Assembly (NCBI GenBank): GCA_964252075.1
Contig: CAXULY010000003.1
Coordinates: 156,657 to 220,656 of the forward strand
Length of the DNA: 64,000 nucleotides
Reading direction: 5' to 3'
DNA from: an uncultured Deinococcaceae bacterium
GTDB lineage: Bacteria > Deinococcota > Deinococci > Deinococcales > Deinococcaceae
Shown here: positions 27,996-39,347 of the stretch, one piece after another
Layout: every line of letters begins with the position of its first letter
Position numbering within the stretch: the first letter of the stretch is position 1
Position numbers and translations under genes: made by a program
The notes under the pieces: model-generated
Seen by the model: the letters and a program-made list of their open reading frames with translations, nothing else
What the model was told of the DNA's origin: nothing
Databases searched by the model: none

Positions 27996-29087
27996 TCAGC
28001 GGCGCTGCGACAGCGCGATCAGCACGCCGCCCGCCAGCAGGTACAGCGCGTCCGGCGCCCACGCCGCGAGCGCGGGCGGCAAGACGGCCTGCTCGCCCAT
28101 CACACGAAAGACACTCCAGGTGGCGTAGTACGCGAAGGTCAGCAGCATCACGAACGGCAGACCCAGCCCGCCACCGCTGCGGAAGGAGAACAGCGCGAGC
28201 GCCACCCCGAAGAAGCCGAAGGCGAGCGCCGCGAGCGGCTCCGCGAACTTGCGGTTCAGGGCGGTGAGCTCCGCGGGCTGCGGCACGTGGTTCGCCTGCA
28301 GGGTGTGAATGCGCGCCAGCAGGTCCGGCAGCGGCAGGTTCACGGGGAGCGTGGGGTCCGTCTGCGCGTCCAGGCTGGCCTTCAGGTCCTGCACGCGCAG
28401 GCTGCCGCCCTGGAAGGTCGCGATGGTGCTGGGGCGCCCGCCCTGGTACGTGATGCGCTGCCCCGGCCCGAGTTCCAGGGTGGCGCTCTCGCTGTCGAGG
28501 TGCCCGCTCTGGGCGGTGAGTACCTCGCGCGGCGCCTGGCTCTGCGCCATCTGCACGATGTGAATGCCGCGGAACTCCCCGCCCGGGCGCACCTCCTGCA
28601 CCTGAATGGCGCGCCCCAGCGCGTCCGTGAAGACCGTGCCGGCCTGCCCGAGGCCAAGCACGCGTGGGTTGTCCAGCACGATCTCGCGCTGCACGACCGC
28701 CGAGCGCGCCTGCGCGCTGGGCCGCAGGCCCTCCCCCACCGCGAAGCTCACGGCGCTCACCCCGGCGGCCAGCAGCAGCACCGGCGCGAACAGGCTGCGC
28801 CAGCTTAGGCCGCCCGCCAGCGCCGCCTTGATCTCCGCGTCCTGCGCGAGGCGCGAGAAGCCCAGCAGCACCCCGAACAGCAGCCCGATGGGGAGGCCGC
28901 GCGCGATGGCGTCCGGGATGTTCAGCGCCACGAGCTGCGCGACCAGCGCGGGCGACGCGCCCTTCGCGAGGAGCGGCGCGATCACCACCTGCACCGCCGC
29001 CAGCAGCAGCAGCAGGATCACCACCACCACGCCCGCCAGCGTGAAGGGCAGCACCTCCTCCATGATGTAGCGCCACAGGCGCGTCAC
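27996..29087 (-). CDS. LptF/LptG-family permease
   Basis: SRLAQDAEIKAALAGG; 3+3 TM with periplasmic domain; AAWAPD. Confidence 0.88.
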   Translation of the reverse strand: MTRLWRYIMEEVLPFTLAGVVVVILLLLLAAVQVVIAPLLAKGASPALVAQLVALNIPDAIARGLPIGLLFGVLLGFSRLAQDAEIKAALAGGLSWRSLFAPVLLLAAGVSAVSFAVGEGLRPSAQARSAVVQREIVLDNPRVLGLGQAGTVFTDALGRAIQVQEVRPGGEFRGIHIVQMAQSQAPREVLTAQSGHLDSESATLELGPGQRITYQGGRPSTIATFQGGSLRVQDLKASLDAQTDPTLPVNLPLPDLLARIHTLQANHVPQPAELTALNRKFAEPLAALAFGFFGVALALFSFRSGGGLGLPFVMLLTFAYYATWSVFRVMGEQAVLPPALAAWAPDALYLLAGGVLIALSQRR

Positions 29088-30136
29088 GAGAGCCTCCGCA
29101 CGAACACGAGGCCCGCGAGAACCAGCAGGATGTCCGGCAGCCACGCCGCCAGCGCGGACGGCAGCGCCGCCGCCTGCACGAGCTGCGGCATGCTGCTCCA
29201 CACCACGTAGTACGCGAAGATCAGGAGCACCACTCCGCCGAAGGACCACGCGCGGTCGCGCAGCACGAGACCCAGCGCGCCCGCCGTGAACGCGAAGCCC
29301 ACCGCCGCCAGCGCGTCCGCGAAGCGGCGGTACCACTCGTACACGTCCTTGCGGTGCTGCGCGGCCTCCACGCCCGGGTCGTCGAGGCGCGCGCGCAGGG
29401 CCGCGAAGCTCAGCTGCTCGGCGGGCAGCTGCGGCACCGCGAAGCGGTCGCTCTGCGGGAAGCTGGTGGCGCCCCGCAGGAAGCGCGACTGGCCGTCCGG
29501 CGTGACGATCCACGCGTCGTACACCGTCCACGTCTGCGCGCGGCCATCCCACACGCCGCTCTGCGCGGTGTACGTGCCGCCCGCGTCCTGCACCATGACG
29601 CCCAGCAGGTCCGCAACCTGCTCCTGGCCCGTGCGGGGGCGCACGCTGCCCGCGTAGAAGAGGCGCCCCCCGAGCGCCTTGGTGTACAGGTCCGTCTGCG
29701 GGGGGTTCGGTGGGGTGTTGTAGAAGATGCGCGTCAGGACCGCCTGAAACTGCGCGTTGCCCGCCGGGGTGAAGGCGCTGGTGTTCGCGAACAGCAGCGC
29801 GCCCACCAGCACGGCGCTCGCGACGAGCGGCGTGATGAGCGCGAGGGGCCGCACGCCCGACGCGAGCGCGGCCTTCACCTCGCTGTCGCGGTTCAGGCGC
29901 CCGAAGGCCAGCAGCACCGCGAACGGCACCGCGAGCGCCAGCGCCCGGTCCGCGAAGCCCGGCAGGCGCGTGAGGTACAGCTGCACCGCGAGGTCCACGC
30001 TGGCGTGCGTGCGCACGAACACGCCCGCCACGGAGCTGATGAGGTCCGTGGTGAGCAGGGTCAGGAACAGCGCCAGGCCGCCCAGGTACAGGGGAAGCAC
30101 TTCGCGGAGCACATACAGCCCGAGCCTGGAACGCAC
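29084..30136 (-). CDS. LptF/LptG-family permease
   Basis: GRLNRDSEVKAALASG; AAWLPD; overlaps its paralog by 4 nt. Confidence 0.88.
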   Translation of the reverse strand: MRSRLGLYVLREVLPLYLGGLALFLTLLTTDLISSVAGVFVRTHASVDLAVQLYLTRLPGFADRALALAVPFAVLLAFGRLNRDSEVKAALASGVRPLALITPLVASAVLVGALLFANTSAFTPAGNAQFQAVLTRIFYNTPPNPPQTDLYTKALGGRLFYAGSVRPRTGQEQVADLLGVMVQDAGGTYTAQSGVWDGRAQTWTVYDAWIVTPDGQSRFLRGATSFPQSDRFAVPQLPAEQLSFAALRARLDDPGVEAAQHRKDVYEWYRRFADALAAVGFAFTAGALGLVLRDRAWSFGGVVLLIFAYYVVWSSMPQLVQAAALPSALAAWLPDILLVLAGLVFVRRLS

Positions 30137-30200
30137 GAGGGGCATTCTAGAGAATTTTGCGTGAGACGCCAGACCACCTGCGCGGGGCGTACGCTGGGGT

Positions 30201-30392
30201 GTGACGCCCACCGACCTGCGCGAACGCAACCGCCGCTGGGCGGACCTGCGCGCGCTCGTGGAGGCGGGAGTCGCGCCGGGCGACCCGGCCTTCGAGGCGG
30301 CGCTCACGGCGCTGCAGCGCCTCATTCACTGGCCGCGCGGGCGCATCCTGGCGGGCCTCGGCCTGCCCACCGGGCCTCCCGAAGGGCCATGA
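30201..30392 (+). CDS. Small hypothetical protein
   Basis: 63 aa; TACGCT -10 5 nt before GTG; typical codon bias. Confidence 0.55.
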   Translation: MTPTDLRERNRRWADLRALVEAGVAPGDPAFEAALTALQRLIHWPRGRILAGLGLPTGPPEGP

Positions 30393-30418
30393 AGGCCGGG
30401 CGAACCCGGGGCGCCTCC

Positions 30419-31435
30419 TCAACCTTCCTGCGGTTCAGCGCCGAGCGCGGCGTGCCCCAGCGCCCACCCGCTGAGGAGCGCCGCCTCCGTGCGCGGGCCG
30501 TGCGCGTCCGCCCGGCACCAGTCGCCGCACCACCCGAGGCGCAGGGCGGCGTCCCAGTGACAGGCCTGCGGGTACAGCACGGTGGGCGTGCTGTACAGCC
30601 AGCGGTGCCCCACCACCCAGCGGGCCTCCAGCGGGCCCGTCAGGTCGCGCGCGTCCTCCATGAGGGCGCGCGCGGCGGCCTCGCGGTCCAGGTCAAGGTG
30701 CGCGCGCGTCCAGTCGGTCGTGGCGTGCGCCACCAGCACGGGCGGCGCGCCAGGTGGGCGGCGCGTGTGGTCGCGCGCCAGCCAGCTCACGGCGGGGTGC
30801 CCCTCCACCTTCAGGCCCGCCCACGGCACGTCCAGGTCGCGCGCGAGGCCCACCATGAGGGTCCAGCAGGGGTCGAAGCGCACGCGCGCCGCGTGCTCGG
30901 CGGCCTCCCCGACGTTCAGGCCGTCCAGCAGCGGCATCATCTGCGGCGCGGGCAGGTTCAGGAGGAGCGTCTGCGCCTCGAAGGTCTCACCGGCACCGGT
31001 ATGCGCGCGCCAGCCGCCCGGCGTGCGGTCCAGGCTCGTGACGAGCGCCTCCGTCACGACCGTGAGGTCCCGCGCAAGGTGCCGCCCCAGGGCACTCATC
31101 CCGGCGGGCGGCACGTAGCGCGGGTGGCCGTCACTGCCGCCCGAGACCTCGCCCGCCGCCCAGGTGGGGAAGCCCCGCGTCCACTCGCTCAGCCAGCCCT
31201 CGCGCTGCCAGCCGTCCACGAGGCCCCGCAGGCGCTCCGTGCGGGCGGTGAGGTACTGCGCGCCGTGATCCACGCGCTCCTGCTCGGGCGCGCGGCGCGT
31301 GGCGGCCCGCCCGGACACCCCGCGCGACTTGTCCAGCACCGTCACGGTGTGCCCCGCGCGCGCGAGATCACGCGCGGCGGCCAGCCCACCCAGGCCCGCC
31401 CCGACCACCAGCACGCTGTTCGTCTCTGCCGTCAT
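30419..31435 (-). CDS. Renalase-like FAD/NAD(P)-dependent oxidoreductase
   Basis: GAGLGG, DKSRGVSGRAATRR, DHGAQY, HRWLYS, CGDWC. Confidence 0.9.
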   Translation of the reverse strand: MTAETNSVLVVGAGLGGLAAARDLARAGHTVTVLDKSRGVSGRAATRRAPEQERVDHGAQYLTARTERLRGLVDGWQREGWLSEWTRGFPTWAAGEVSGGSDGHPRYVPPAGMSALGRHLARDLTVVTEALVTSLDRTPGGWRAHTGAGETFEAQTLLLNLPAPQMMPLLDGLNVGEAAEHAARVRFDPCWTLMVGLARDLDVPWAGLKVEGHPAVSWLARDHTRRPPGAPPVLVAHATTDWTRAHLDLDREAAARALMEDARDLTGPLEARWVVGHRWLYSTPTVLYPQACHWDAALRLGWCGDWCRADAHGPRTEAALLSGWALGHAALGAEPQEG

Positions 31436-31794
31436 GGCCGCAAGTGTAGTGGGGAGGGCGCGCGTGGGAAAGTCAGGAAACGTACGCCCGGCGAAGCGCG
31501 GTCAGGCGGTCCCTTCTGGTCGGGGCGTGAACCTGCGGTGATTCGCCTGGTTGCGTTCGCTCAGGGGGCGTTTCAGTGTCACCTCGTGCGGAGGGTGCGA
31601 CCCGCGCGCATCACATGGACGCTGAAGGCCGACGCCCCAGCGCGGTGAGCGCATGGCCTCGCCCTCGGTCCAGATGGGCGGGATCACGCACCTCCCGTTC
31701 TGGATGAGGGCCAGGGGCGCCCTTGTCGGCCGGGACGCCCACCCGAACGTCATCCGGGTGGGCGCCGAGGGCCGCGTCGTCCTTGAGCACCCCT

Positions 31795-33864
31795 TTACGC
31801 CTCGCTGACGTGGGAAGGTTCGCGCGCGATCAGCACGCCGCGCGGCGGGAGGGTGGTGGGGCCGGTCACCTCGCGGTGCGTGAGGAGATCCTCGCGGACC
31901 GCGTCCCCGAGGTGCACCTGCACCTCGTGCGGGTTGTGGTTCAGCACGAACAGCAGGGCGCCCGCCGCGTTCTCTCGGCGCGTGACCTCCACGCCCTCCG
32001 GCACGGCGGGCAGCAGGGGCTCCACGCCCGCCTCGCGGCACAACCAGGGCAGCAGGTCGTTCAGGAGCGCCTGCCCGGGCAGCGCCGCGAGGTGCAGGGC
32101 GCTGCCCGCGCCCGTGCGTTTGCGGGTGAGGGCGGGGCGGCCCGCGTAGAAGTCCTGCCCGAAGGTGGCGAGCACCTCGGCGCCCGCCGCGCCGCCCGGC
32201 AGGGCGTCCGTGCGCACCAGGTCGAACAGCTGGTGCGCGTCGTAGCGCGCCTGCAGGCCGTCCGGGGCGTGCAGGAACACCACGTCGTTGCTCGCGTCGG
32301 GCGCGAGGCTGTCGAGTTCCTCCACCCACAGGCCCAGCAGGTCGCGCAGGGGACCGGGGGGGCCGCCGGGGAACACCCGGTCGCTGGGGTCCGCGACGCC
32401 GCTGAATGCACCCGTGAGGAGCGTCCCGCCGCCCTCCACGAAGGCCTGGAGGCGCGCGGGGTCCTCGGGGTGCAGCAGGTACAGCAGCGGCGCGAGCAGC
32501 AGCCGGTAGGGGCTCAGGTCGGTGCCTGGGCCCACCACGTCCACCGGGATGCCGGCGCGGTGCAGCGCCGCGTAATGCTTGCCGAGCTCCGCGATGTAAT
32601 TCAGGTGGCGGCCCGGCCCCATGCTGTTCTCCGCCGCCCACCAGCACGGCCAGTCCAGGCGCAGCGCGACGCGCGCGGGGCTGAGCGCGCCCAGGGTGGT
32701 GCTCCCCAGCGCGCGCAGTTCCTGCCCGAGCGCCGCGACCTCCTGGAACACCCGCGTGTCGCTGCGGCCCGAGTGCTCGATGACCGCGCCGTGGAACTTC
32801 TCGGACGCGCCCGCCGAGCGGCGCATCTGGAAGAACATCACGGCGTCCGCGCCGTGCGCGACCGCCTGGTAACTCTGCAGGCGCATCACGCCGGGGCGCT
32901 TGAGGGGGTTCACGGGCTGCCAGTTCGTCTGGCTGGGCGTCTGCTCCATCAGCATGAAGGGCGCCCCGTCCTTGAGGCCCCGCATGATGTCGTGCATGAA
33001 GGCCGTGTGGGCGGGCGGGTGCTCCGGGCGCGGGTAGCTGTCCCAGGCGATCACGTCCATGTGCGGCGTCCACGTGCGGTAATCGAGGGGGCGGTAGGCC
33101 TCCATGAAGTTCGTGGTGATGATCGCGTCCGGCTGCGCGGCGCGGATGGCGTCTTCCTCGATGCGGTACATGCCGAGGATGTTGTCGGAGTTGAAGCGCA
33201 TGAAGTCCAGCGTCAGGCCCTGCACGGCGGTGTCGCGCTCGCCCCACTGCACGCTCAGCACGTTCGGCACCACGATCTGCTCCCAGTCCGTGATGGTCTG
33301 ACTCCAGAAGTGCGCGTTCCACGCGTGGTTCAGGGCGTCCAGCGTGCCGTAGCGGGCGCGCAGCCACTCCCGGAAGCGCGCCTCGCAGCGCGGGCAGTAG
33401 CACGCGCCGCCGAACTCGTTCGAGATGTGCCACAGCGCGAGCGCCGGGTGCCGCCCGAAGCGCTCGGCGAGCGCGCCCGCGAGTTTCGGCGCGAAGCGCG
33501 CGTAGGTGGGGCTGCTCGGGCAGGAGTTGTGCCGGTCCCCGAACTTGTGCGCGCGGCCCTGGAAGTCCACGCGCAGCAGGTCCGGGTACTTCGTGGCCAT
33601 CCACGCGGGGTGCGCGGCGGTGCCCGTGCCGAGGCACACCCGCATGCCGCGCGCGTGCAGCAGCCCGAACAGTTCGTCCAGCCACCCGAAGTGGTAGGTG
33701 TCCTCGTCCGGCTGGTCGAGCGTCCACGCGAAGATGTTGATGCTCAGCAAATCGATGCCCGCCTCCTGGAAGTTGCGCAGGTCTTCGAGCAGGGTGTCGT
33801 GGTCCCACTGTTCGGGGTTCCAGTCGCCGCCGTAGGCGATCTTGCCGAGGCCGAGGTCGGTCAT
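31795..33864 (-). CDS. GH42 beta-galactosidase
   Basis: YGGDWNPEQW, WHISNE, LMEQTP, EKFHGA. Confidence 0.95.
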   Translation of the reverse strand: MTDLGLGKIAYGGDWNPEQWDHDTLLEDLRNFQEAGIDLLSINIFAWTLDQPDEDTYHFGWLDELFGLLHARGMRVCLGTGTAAHPAWMATKYPDLLRVDFQGRAHKFGDRHNSCPSSPTYARFAPKLAGALAERFGRHPALALWHISNEFGGACYCPRCEARFREWLRARYGTLDALNHAWNAHFWSQTITDWEQIVVPNVLSVQWGERDTAVQGLTLDFMRFNSDNILGMYRIEEDAIRAAQPDAIITTNFMEAYRPLDYRTWTPHMDVIAWDSYPRPEHPPAHTAFMHDIMRGLKDGAPFMLMEQTPSQTNWQPVNPLKRPGVMRLQSYQAVAHGADAVMFFQMRRSAGASEKFHGAVIEHSGRSDTRVFQEVAALGQELRALGSTTLGALSPARVALRLDWPCWWAAENSMGPGRHLNYIAELGKHYAALHRAGIPVDVVGPGTDLSPYRLLLAPLLYLLHPEDPARLQAFVEGGGTLLTGAFSGVADPSDRVFPGGPPGPLRDLLGLWVEELDSLAPDASNDVVFLHAPDGLQARYDAHQLFDLVRTDALPGGAAGAEVLATFGQDFYAGRPALTRKRTGAGSALHLAALPGQALLNDLLPWLCREAGVEPLLPAVPEGVEVTRRENAAGALLFVLNHNPHEVQVHLGDAVREDLLTHREVTGPTTLPPRGVLIAREPSHVSEA

Positions 33865-34070
33865 TGGGGCTCCTTGGGGAGGGGAATCAGGTGTGGTGCC
33901 GGTGGTGCGCGGTGAGACCGCAGCATACGTGCTGGGCGGGCCGCCCGCACCAGGGCGCCCGCGTTCCGCGGTGGGGGCGCCCATTCATCCAGGCCGCCGC
34001 ACGCGCTCGGGTGGTGTTTGAGCGCAGGAACCGGATGGCGCCGTGCGCCACGCGCGCCTAGCCTGGACGC

Positions 34071-35120
<1,050 letters not shown>

Positions 35121-35151
35121 GCGGGCGCAGCGCCCGCCCGGCCCCGCGCGT

Positions 35152-36696
35152 TCACTGCGGCTGACCGAGCGCCTCCGCGAGTTTCGGCCCGTCGGGGCTG
35201 CCGAGGCCCGTGCAGGCGTCCCAGCCGGGCCCCGCGCGGTAGTCGCCGTTGTCGCCCTCGGTGATGTCGCGCAGCGTGCCGAGCGGGTACAGCAGGGGGT
35301 TCAGGAAGCCCACAGGCTGCCCGCGCGTGGCGTTCAGGCGCGCGACGAGGCCCGCCCACAGGGGCGATACCGCGCTCGTGCCGCCAATCACGGTGTCCTG
35401 CCCGTCCACACGCACCTTGTAGCCGGTGGCGGGGTCCGCGACGCCCGCGACGTCCGGCACGCCGCGCCCCACGCGCCCGCCGGGGTTCGCGGACGGCGGC
35501 ACGTTCGCGTCCCGCTGGTAGTCGGGGAGGTCGAAGACGTCGCTCACGCCGCCGCCCGTCGCGCCGCCGCGCGGGTCGTTCCAGACGGTCTCCTCGGTGA
35601 TGCGCCCGTCCCGCACGGTGAGGCGCGTGCCGCCGCAGCCGGTCGCGTAGGGGCTGGAGGCGGGGAAGTCCGCGTGCGCGCCACCGCCCGCGCCGTCCGC
35701 GCTGCCGCCGTCGCCCGCTGCGCACAGCACCGTGACGCCCAGCAGGGCGGCCTCCTGGAAGGCCTGCGTCATGTTCTGCATGGCCTGTGTGGTCCAGGCG
35801 CTCTCGGGCGCGCCCCAGCTGATACTGATCACGCTGGGTTTGCGCCGGGTGTCGTGCGTGGCCTGCGTGACGGCGTTCAGGAAGCCCGCGTCGGTGTTCG
35901 GCGCGAAGTACACCGCGATGTGCGCGCCGGGCGCGACGGCGCCCGCCACCTCGATGTCCAGCATGACCTCGCCGTCGGCGCTGTTCGGGTCGCCGCTGGG
36001 GGCGTTGCGCCCGCCGTCCACGCTGACCGCCGTGACGCTCGGGGTCTTAAGGCCCAGGCCCTCGAAGTACGTCTTGAGGTCCGCCGCGCGGTACCCACCG
36101 CCGAGTTCGATGATGGCGATGGTCTGCCCGGCACCGTCCCCCTCAGGGAAGCCGTAGGCGGCGGCGAGGTCCAGCGGCGTGAAGGCCTGCGTGGCGGCGT
36201 GTGGGTGCGCGATGCCGGGGCGGTTGAGGTAACGGAAGTGCGTGCGGGCCTGCGGGCGGTCGTCCAGCCCGAACACACCCTCGATCACGTCCGCGAGGTG
36301 AGCGGGGACGCTCACGGTGCCGCTGCGGCCGCGGAAGGACGCGTCGTGCCAGGTGTACAGCTCCAGCTGCACCCCGAAGGCCGCCTCGATGTCCGCGAGG
36401 CGGCCCTGCACGATCACGGTCCGGCGCTCGGCGCTGGCTTCCAGCACGGTGAGGTGGTGGTCGTGCGCGAAGGCCTCGACCTGCGCGAGGTCGGTGTCGC
36501 GCGCGCCGTAGCTCTCTGCGAACTGCGCGCGCGTCATGGCGGTGCCGGTCGCGCGCGGCTGGATGCTGCTGCGCGGGCGCAGGCGCAGGGTCACGTCGAG
36601 GCGCGCGTCCGGGTCGGGGGTCCCGGCGGGCTGGGCGCCGCTGGGGAGGGTCTTCTCGCTTCCGGGGATGGTGGCGCGGGGGTCACTGGACGTCAT
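35152..36696 (-). CDS. S53 sedolisin/kumamolisin-like protease with prodomain
   Basis: GEVMLDIE, SISWG, AAGD, GGTSAVSP, GWDACTGLG; no signal peptide. Confidence 0.93.
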   Translation of the reverse strand: MTSSDPRATIPGSEKTLPSGAQPAGTPDPDARLDVTLRLRPRSSIQPRATGTAMTRAQFAESYGARDTDLAQVEAFAHDHHLTVLEASAERRTVIVQGRLADIEAAFGVQLELYTWHDASFRGRSGTVSVPAHLADVIEGVFGLDDRPQARTHFRYLNRPGIAHPHAATQAFTPLDLAAAYGFPEGDGAGQTIAIIELGGGYRAADLKTYFEGLGLKTPSVTAVSVDGGRNAPSGDPNSADGEVMLDIEVAGAVAPGAHIAVYFAPNTDAGFLNAVTQATHDTRRKPSVISISWGAPESAWTTQAMQNMTQAFQEAALLGVTVLCAAGDGGSADGAGGGAHADFPASSPYATGCGGTRLTVRDGRITEETVWNDPRGGATGGGVSDVFDLPDYQRDANVPPSANPGGRVGRGVPDVAGVADPATGYKVRVDGQDTVIGGTSAVSPLWAGLVARLNATRGQPVGFLNPLLYPLGTLRDITEGDNGDYRAGPGWDACTGLGSPDGPKLAEALGQPQ

Positions 36697-36742
36697 GCAC
36701 GAACCTCCTGGAGTGGACGGGGCAGCTCAGGACACAGCGAGA

Positions 36743-36759
36743 TTACGTCAGCAGCGTAA
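36743..36759. promoter_or_regulatory. RDRM (DdrO-type) 17-bp palindrome overlapping the -10 of the S53 gene
   Basis: TTACG-TCAGCAG-CGTAA; minus-strand TAATCT at 36745-36740. Confidence 0.65.
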
Positions 36760-36773
36760 CACATGCGGTCGGC

Positions 36774-37925
36774 TCATGCGCGCCGCACCCACAGCGGCCC
36801 CACCGGACCCAGGGTCACGCCCGGGCGCGGGCTGGGATCACCGCGCAGGGCCGTCAGGTCGCCGCCCAGGAACAGCGCGAGGGCCTCCTCGATCATGCTG
36901 TTCGCGAGGTGCATGCCCAGGCAGATGCGCGCCCCACCGCCGAACGGCAGGTACGCCCAGGCGGGCGGCGCGGCCTCCCAGCGCTCCGGGCGGAACACCT
37001 CCGGCGCGTCCCACAGCAGGGGGTCGCGCGCCGACAGGTACGAGCTGTACAGCACCATCGCGCCGCGCGGGAGCACCACGCCCTCGAAGTCCAGCTCGCG
37101 CGTGAGGCGGCGGCTGCCCATCCATCCGGGCGGGTACAGCCGCAGGGTTTCCTTCACGACGGTCCGCAGGCCGTCCGCACGCCGCCAGTCGGGCCGCTGC
37201 GCGAGGTGCCACACGCCCCACGCGAGGGCGTGCGTGGTGGTGTCGTGGCCCGCCGCGAGGCTCACGCGCGCCTCCTCCACGCCGCCCGGCAGGCGCGCGA
37301 GGTGCGCGAGCAGGTCGTCGCCGCCCTCCTCCAGGCGGCGGCGCGCGAGGCGGCGCAACTCCGCGTTCACCCGCACGAACAGCAGCGGGCGCGGCAGCAT
37401 GGGCGTCGGGAAGGGGTGGCGCAGGGGCGCCAGGAAGGCGTGCAGCAGCTCGGTGGGGAACTCCCCGCTGAAGTACGCGGCGTTCAGCATGGCGAGCGCC
37501 GCGCCGTCCGCCCACGCGAGCGCGTCGAAGTCACCGGTGGGCCGGAGGGGCTCCAGCGCCGCCCGGATGCGCGCGAGCATGCCCGCCACCGCGCCCCGCC
37601 CGAAGGGCACGTTCAGCTCCGCGCGGCGCGGGCGGTGCGCGGGCGCGTCCGTCAGGATGATGCCGCCCGCGAGGTACGGCACGGCCTTCGAGAAACTCCC
37701 GCGCCCCACGAAGGCCTCCGGGTCCGTGAGCACCGCTTTGTTCCAGCTGGGCGAGAAGCCCACCACGGTCGGCAGGCCCAGGTTCAGGCGGAAGAGCCGC
37801 TGCGGCCCCGCGAGCGCCGCGCCCTCCGACAGCAGCGCGAGCGGCTCGGCGCCCCAGCGCCCCAGGTGGCCGGGGCCGGGCGGGTGGGTGGGCGCGGGCA
37901 GGTCGCGCAGCGCGCGCGGCCTCAC
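36774..37925 (-). CDS. Cytochrome P450, probable carotenoid hydroxylase (CYP287A-like)
   Basis: AAGHDTT, KETLR, FRPERW, FGGGARICLG; last gene of the carotenoid operon. Confidence 0.85.
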   Translation of the reverse strand: MRPRALRDLPAPTHPPGPGHLGRWGAEPLALLSEGAALAGPQRLFRLNLGLPTVVGFSPSWNKAVLTDPEAFVGRGSFSKAVPYLAGGIILTDAPAHRPRRAELNVPFGRGAVAGMLARIRAALEPLRPTGDFDALAWADGAALAMLNAAYFSGEFPTELLHAFLAPLRHPFPTPMLPRPLLFVRVNAELRRLARRRLEEGGDDLLAHLARLPGGVEEARVSLAAGHDTTTHALAWGVWHLAQRPDWRRADGLRTVVKETLRLYPPGWMGSRRLTRELDFEGVVLPRGAMVLYSSYLSARDPLLWDAPEVFRPERWEAAPPAWAYLPFGGGARICLGMHLANSMIEEALALFLGGDLTALRGDPSPRPGVTLGPVGPLWVRRA

Positions 37926-39313
37926 AGGCCCGCCGGGAGCAGGTGGTGGCCGTCCAGGTCGTCGTACGGGAGGCCCAGCAGCTGCCCTGCGCCGTTCCAG
38001 CCGCCCAGCAGGCTGAGCGGCACGCCGCCCCCCGGGTGCACGGTGCCGCCCACCTGCACGATGTTGGTGTACGGCGGGAGGTCCCAGCCGGGCTTCAGGG
38101 CGCTCGTCAGGCTGTGCGGCGCCGCGCCGTACAGGGCGCCGCGCCAGCCGGTGCGGGCGTACACGGCGGGCGTGAGCGTCAGGTGCTCCCGCACGGGCAG
38201 CGGCAGGCGCTCCGCGAGGCGCGCCTGCAGGAACCGCGCGTACGCCTCCGGGTCCGGGGGCTGCTCGGGGTTGGCGGGCGCGTTCACGAGCAGGAAGGCC
38301 CGCTCGCCCATCACGTGCACGTACAGGGTGGGGTCGCCCGGCAACCGGCCCGCGCGGATGTCGCGCCACTCCCGCGCGTACTCCTGCGGGAACAGCACGT
38401 GGTGCGCGTCCGGCAGGGCCTCCGAGAGCCGCAGTTGCAGCGCGAAGCCGCTGCTGCCGGGCCGCGCGCGGGTGGGCCGCAACCCGAGCCACGCCTGCGT
38501 GAAGCGGCGGTCGGCGGCGCTCACGAAGGCGTCCGCGCCGTACACGCCCTGCGAGGTGTGCGCCGCCAGCACGCGCCGCCCCCGCACGATGAGGCCCTCG
38601 ACGCGCGCCTCGCTGAGGAGCGTCACGCCCATCTGCTCGGCGTGCGCGGCGAGCCGCACGGCGAGCGGCTCCAGGCCGCCCTGCAGGTGCCACACGCCGC
38701 CGCCCAGCTCCACCCAGCTCACGTTGTGCAGCACGGCGGGCGCGCGGTACGGGTCGGCGCCCAGGTACGTCGCGAAGCGCAGCCAGAAGGGCGTGAGGTG
38801 CCGCCCCGAGCGCACGAGGCGCGCGAGGCGCTGCCCGGCGTGCGCGCTGCGCCCCCCGCGCGCCGCGTACCGCGCGAGGCGCAGCGGCGTGGGGGGCGGC
38901 CCGAACAGGAAGGTGTCCTGCGCGTCCTCGTACATGCGCCGCGCGGCGAGCAGCAGCGCGCGGTAGCGCGCGCCCTCCGCGCCGGAGAGCTGCGCGAGGG
39001 TGGGGTCTAGGCTGCCCGCCACCGCGAGCGCTTCGGGCGCGAAGGCGCGCCCGTCCGCCCAGCTGTACCGGGTGGTGGGCGAGGCGGGCGTCAGGGCGGG
39101 CTCCGGGAGGCCCAGGCGGGCGTGCAGCGCGCGGAACACGGCGGGCATGGTCACGACCGTGGGGCCGCTGGAGAAGTCCTCCCAGCCCAGCGCGGCCTTC
39201 CCGCCAGGGCGCGGGAGGGCCTCCACCAGGGTCACGCGCACGCCCGTCTGGCGCAGCCGCAGGGCCGCCGCGAGTCCCGCGAAGCCCGCCCCGATCACCA
39301 TGACGTGCTGCAT
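37922..39313 (-). CDS. crtD: CrtI/CrtD-family desaturase, probable carotenoid 3,4-desaturase
   Basis: VIGAGFAGL, SGPTVVTMP, VGGTVHPGGGVP; operon context. Confidence 0.8.
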   Translation of the reverse strand: MQHVMVIGAGFAGLAAALRLRQTGVRVTLVEALPRPGGKAALGWEDFSSGPTVVTMPAVFRALHARLGLPEPALTPASPTTRYSWADGRAFAPEALAVAGSLDPTLAQLSGAEGARYRALLLAARRMYEDAQDTFLFGPPPTPLRLARYAARGGRSAHAGQRLARLVRSGRHLTPFWLRFATYLGADPYRAPAVLHNVSWVELGGGVWHLQGGLEPLAVRLAAHAEQMGVTLLSEARVEGLIVRGRRVLAAHTSQGVYGADAFVSAADRRFTQAWLGLRPTRARPGSSGFALQLRLSEALPDAHHVLFPQEYAREWRDIRAGRLPGDPTLYVHVMGERAFLLVNAPANPEQPPDPEAYARFLQARLAERLPLPVREHLTLTPAVYARTGWRGALYGAAPHSLTSALKPGWDLPPYTNIVQVGGTVHPGGGVPLSLLGGWNGAGQLLGLPYDDLDGHHLLPAGL

Positions 39314-39347
39314 CAGGCGGCGGGGGGGGTGGTGGGTGAGGTGTGCG

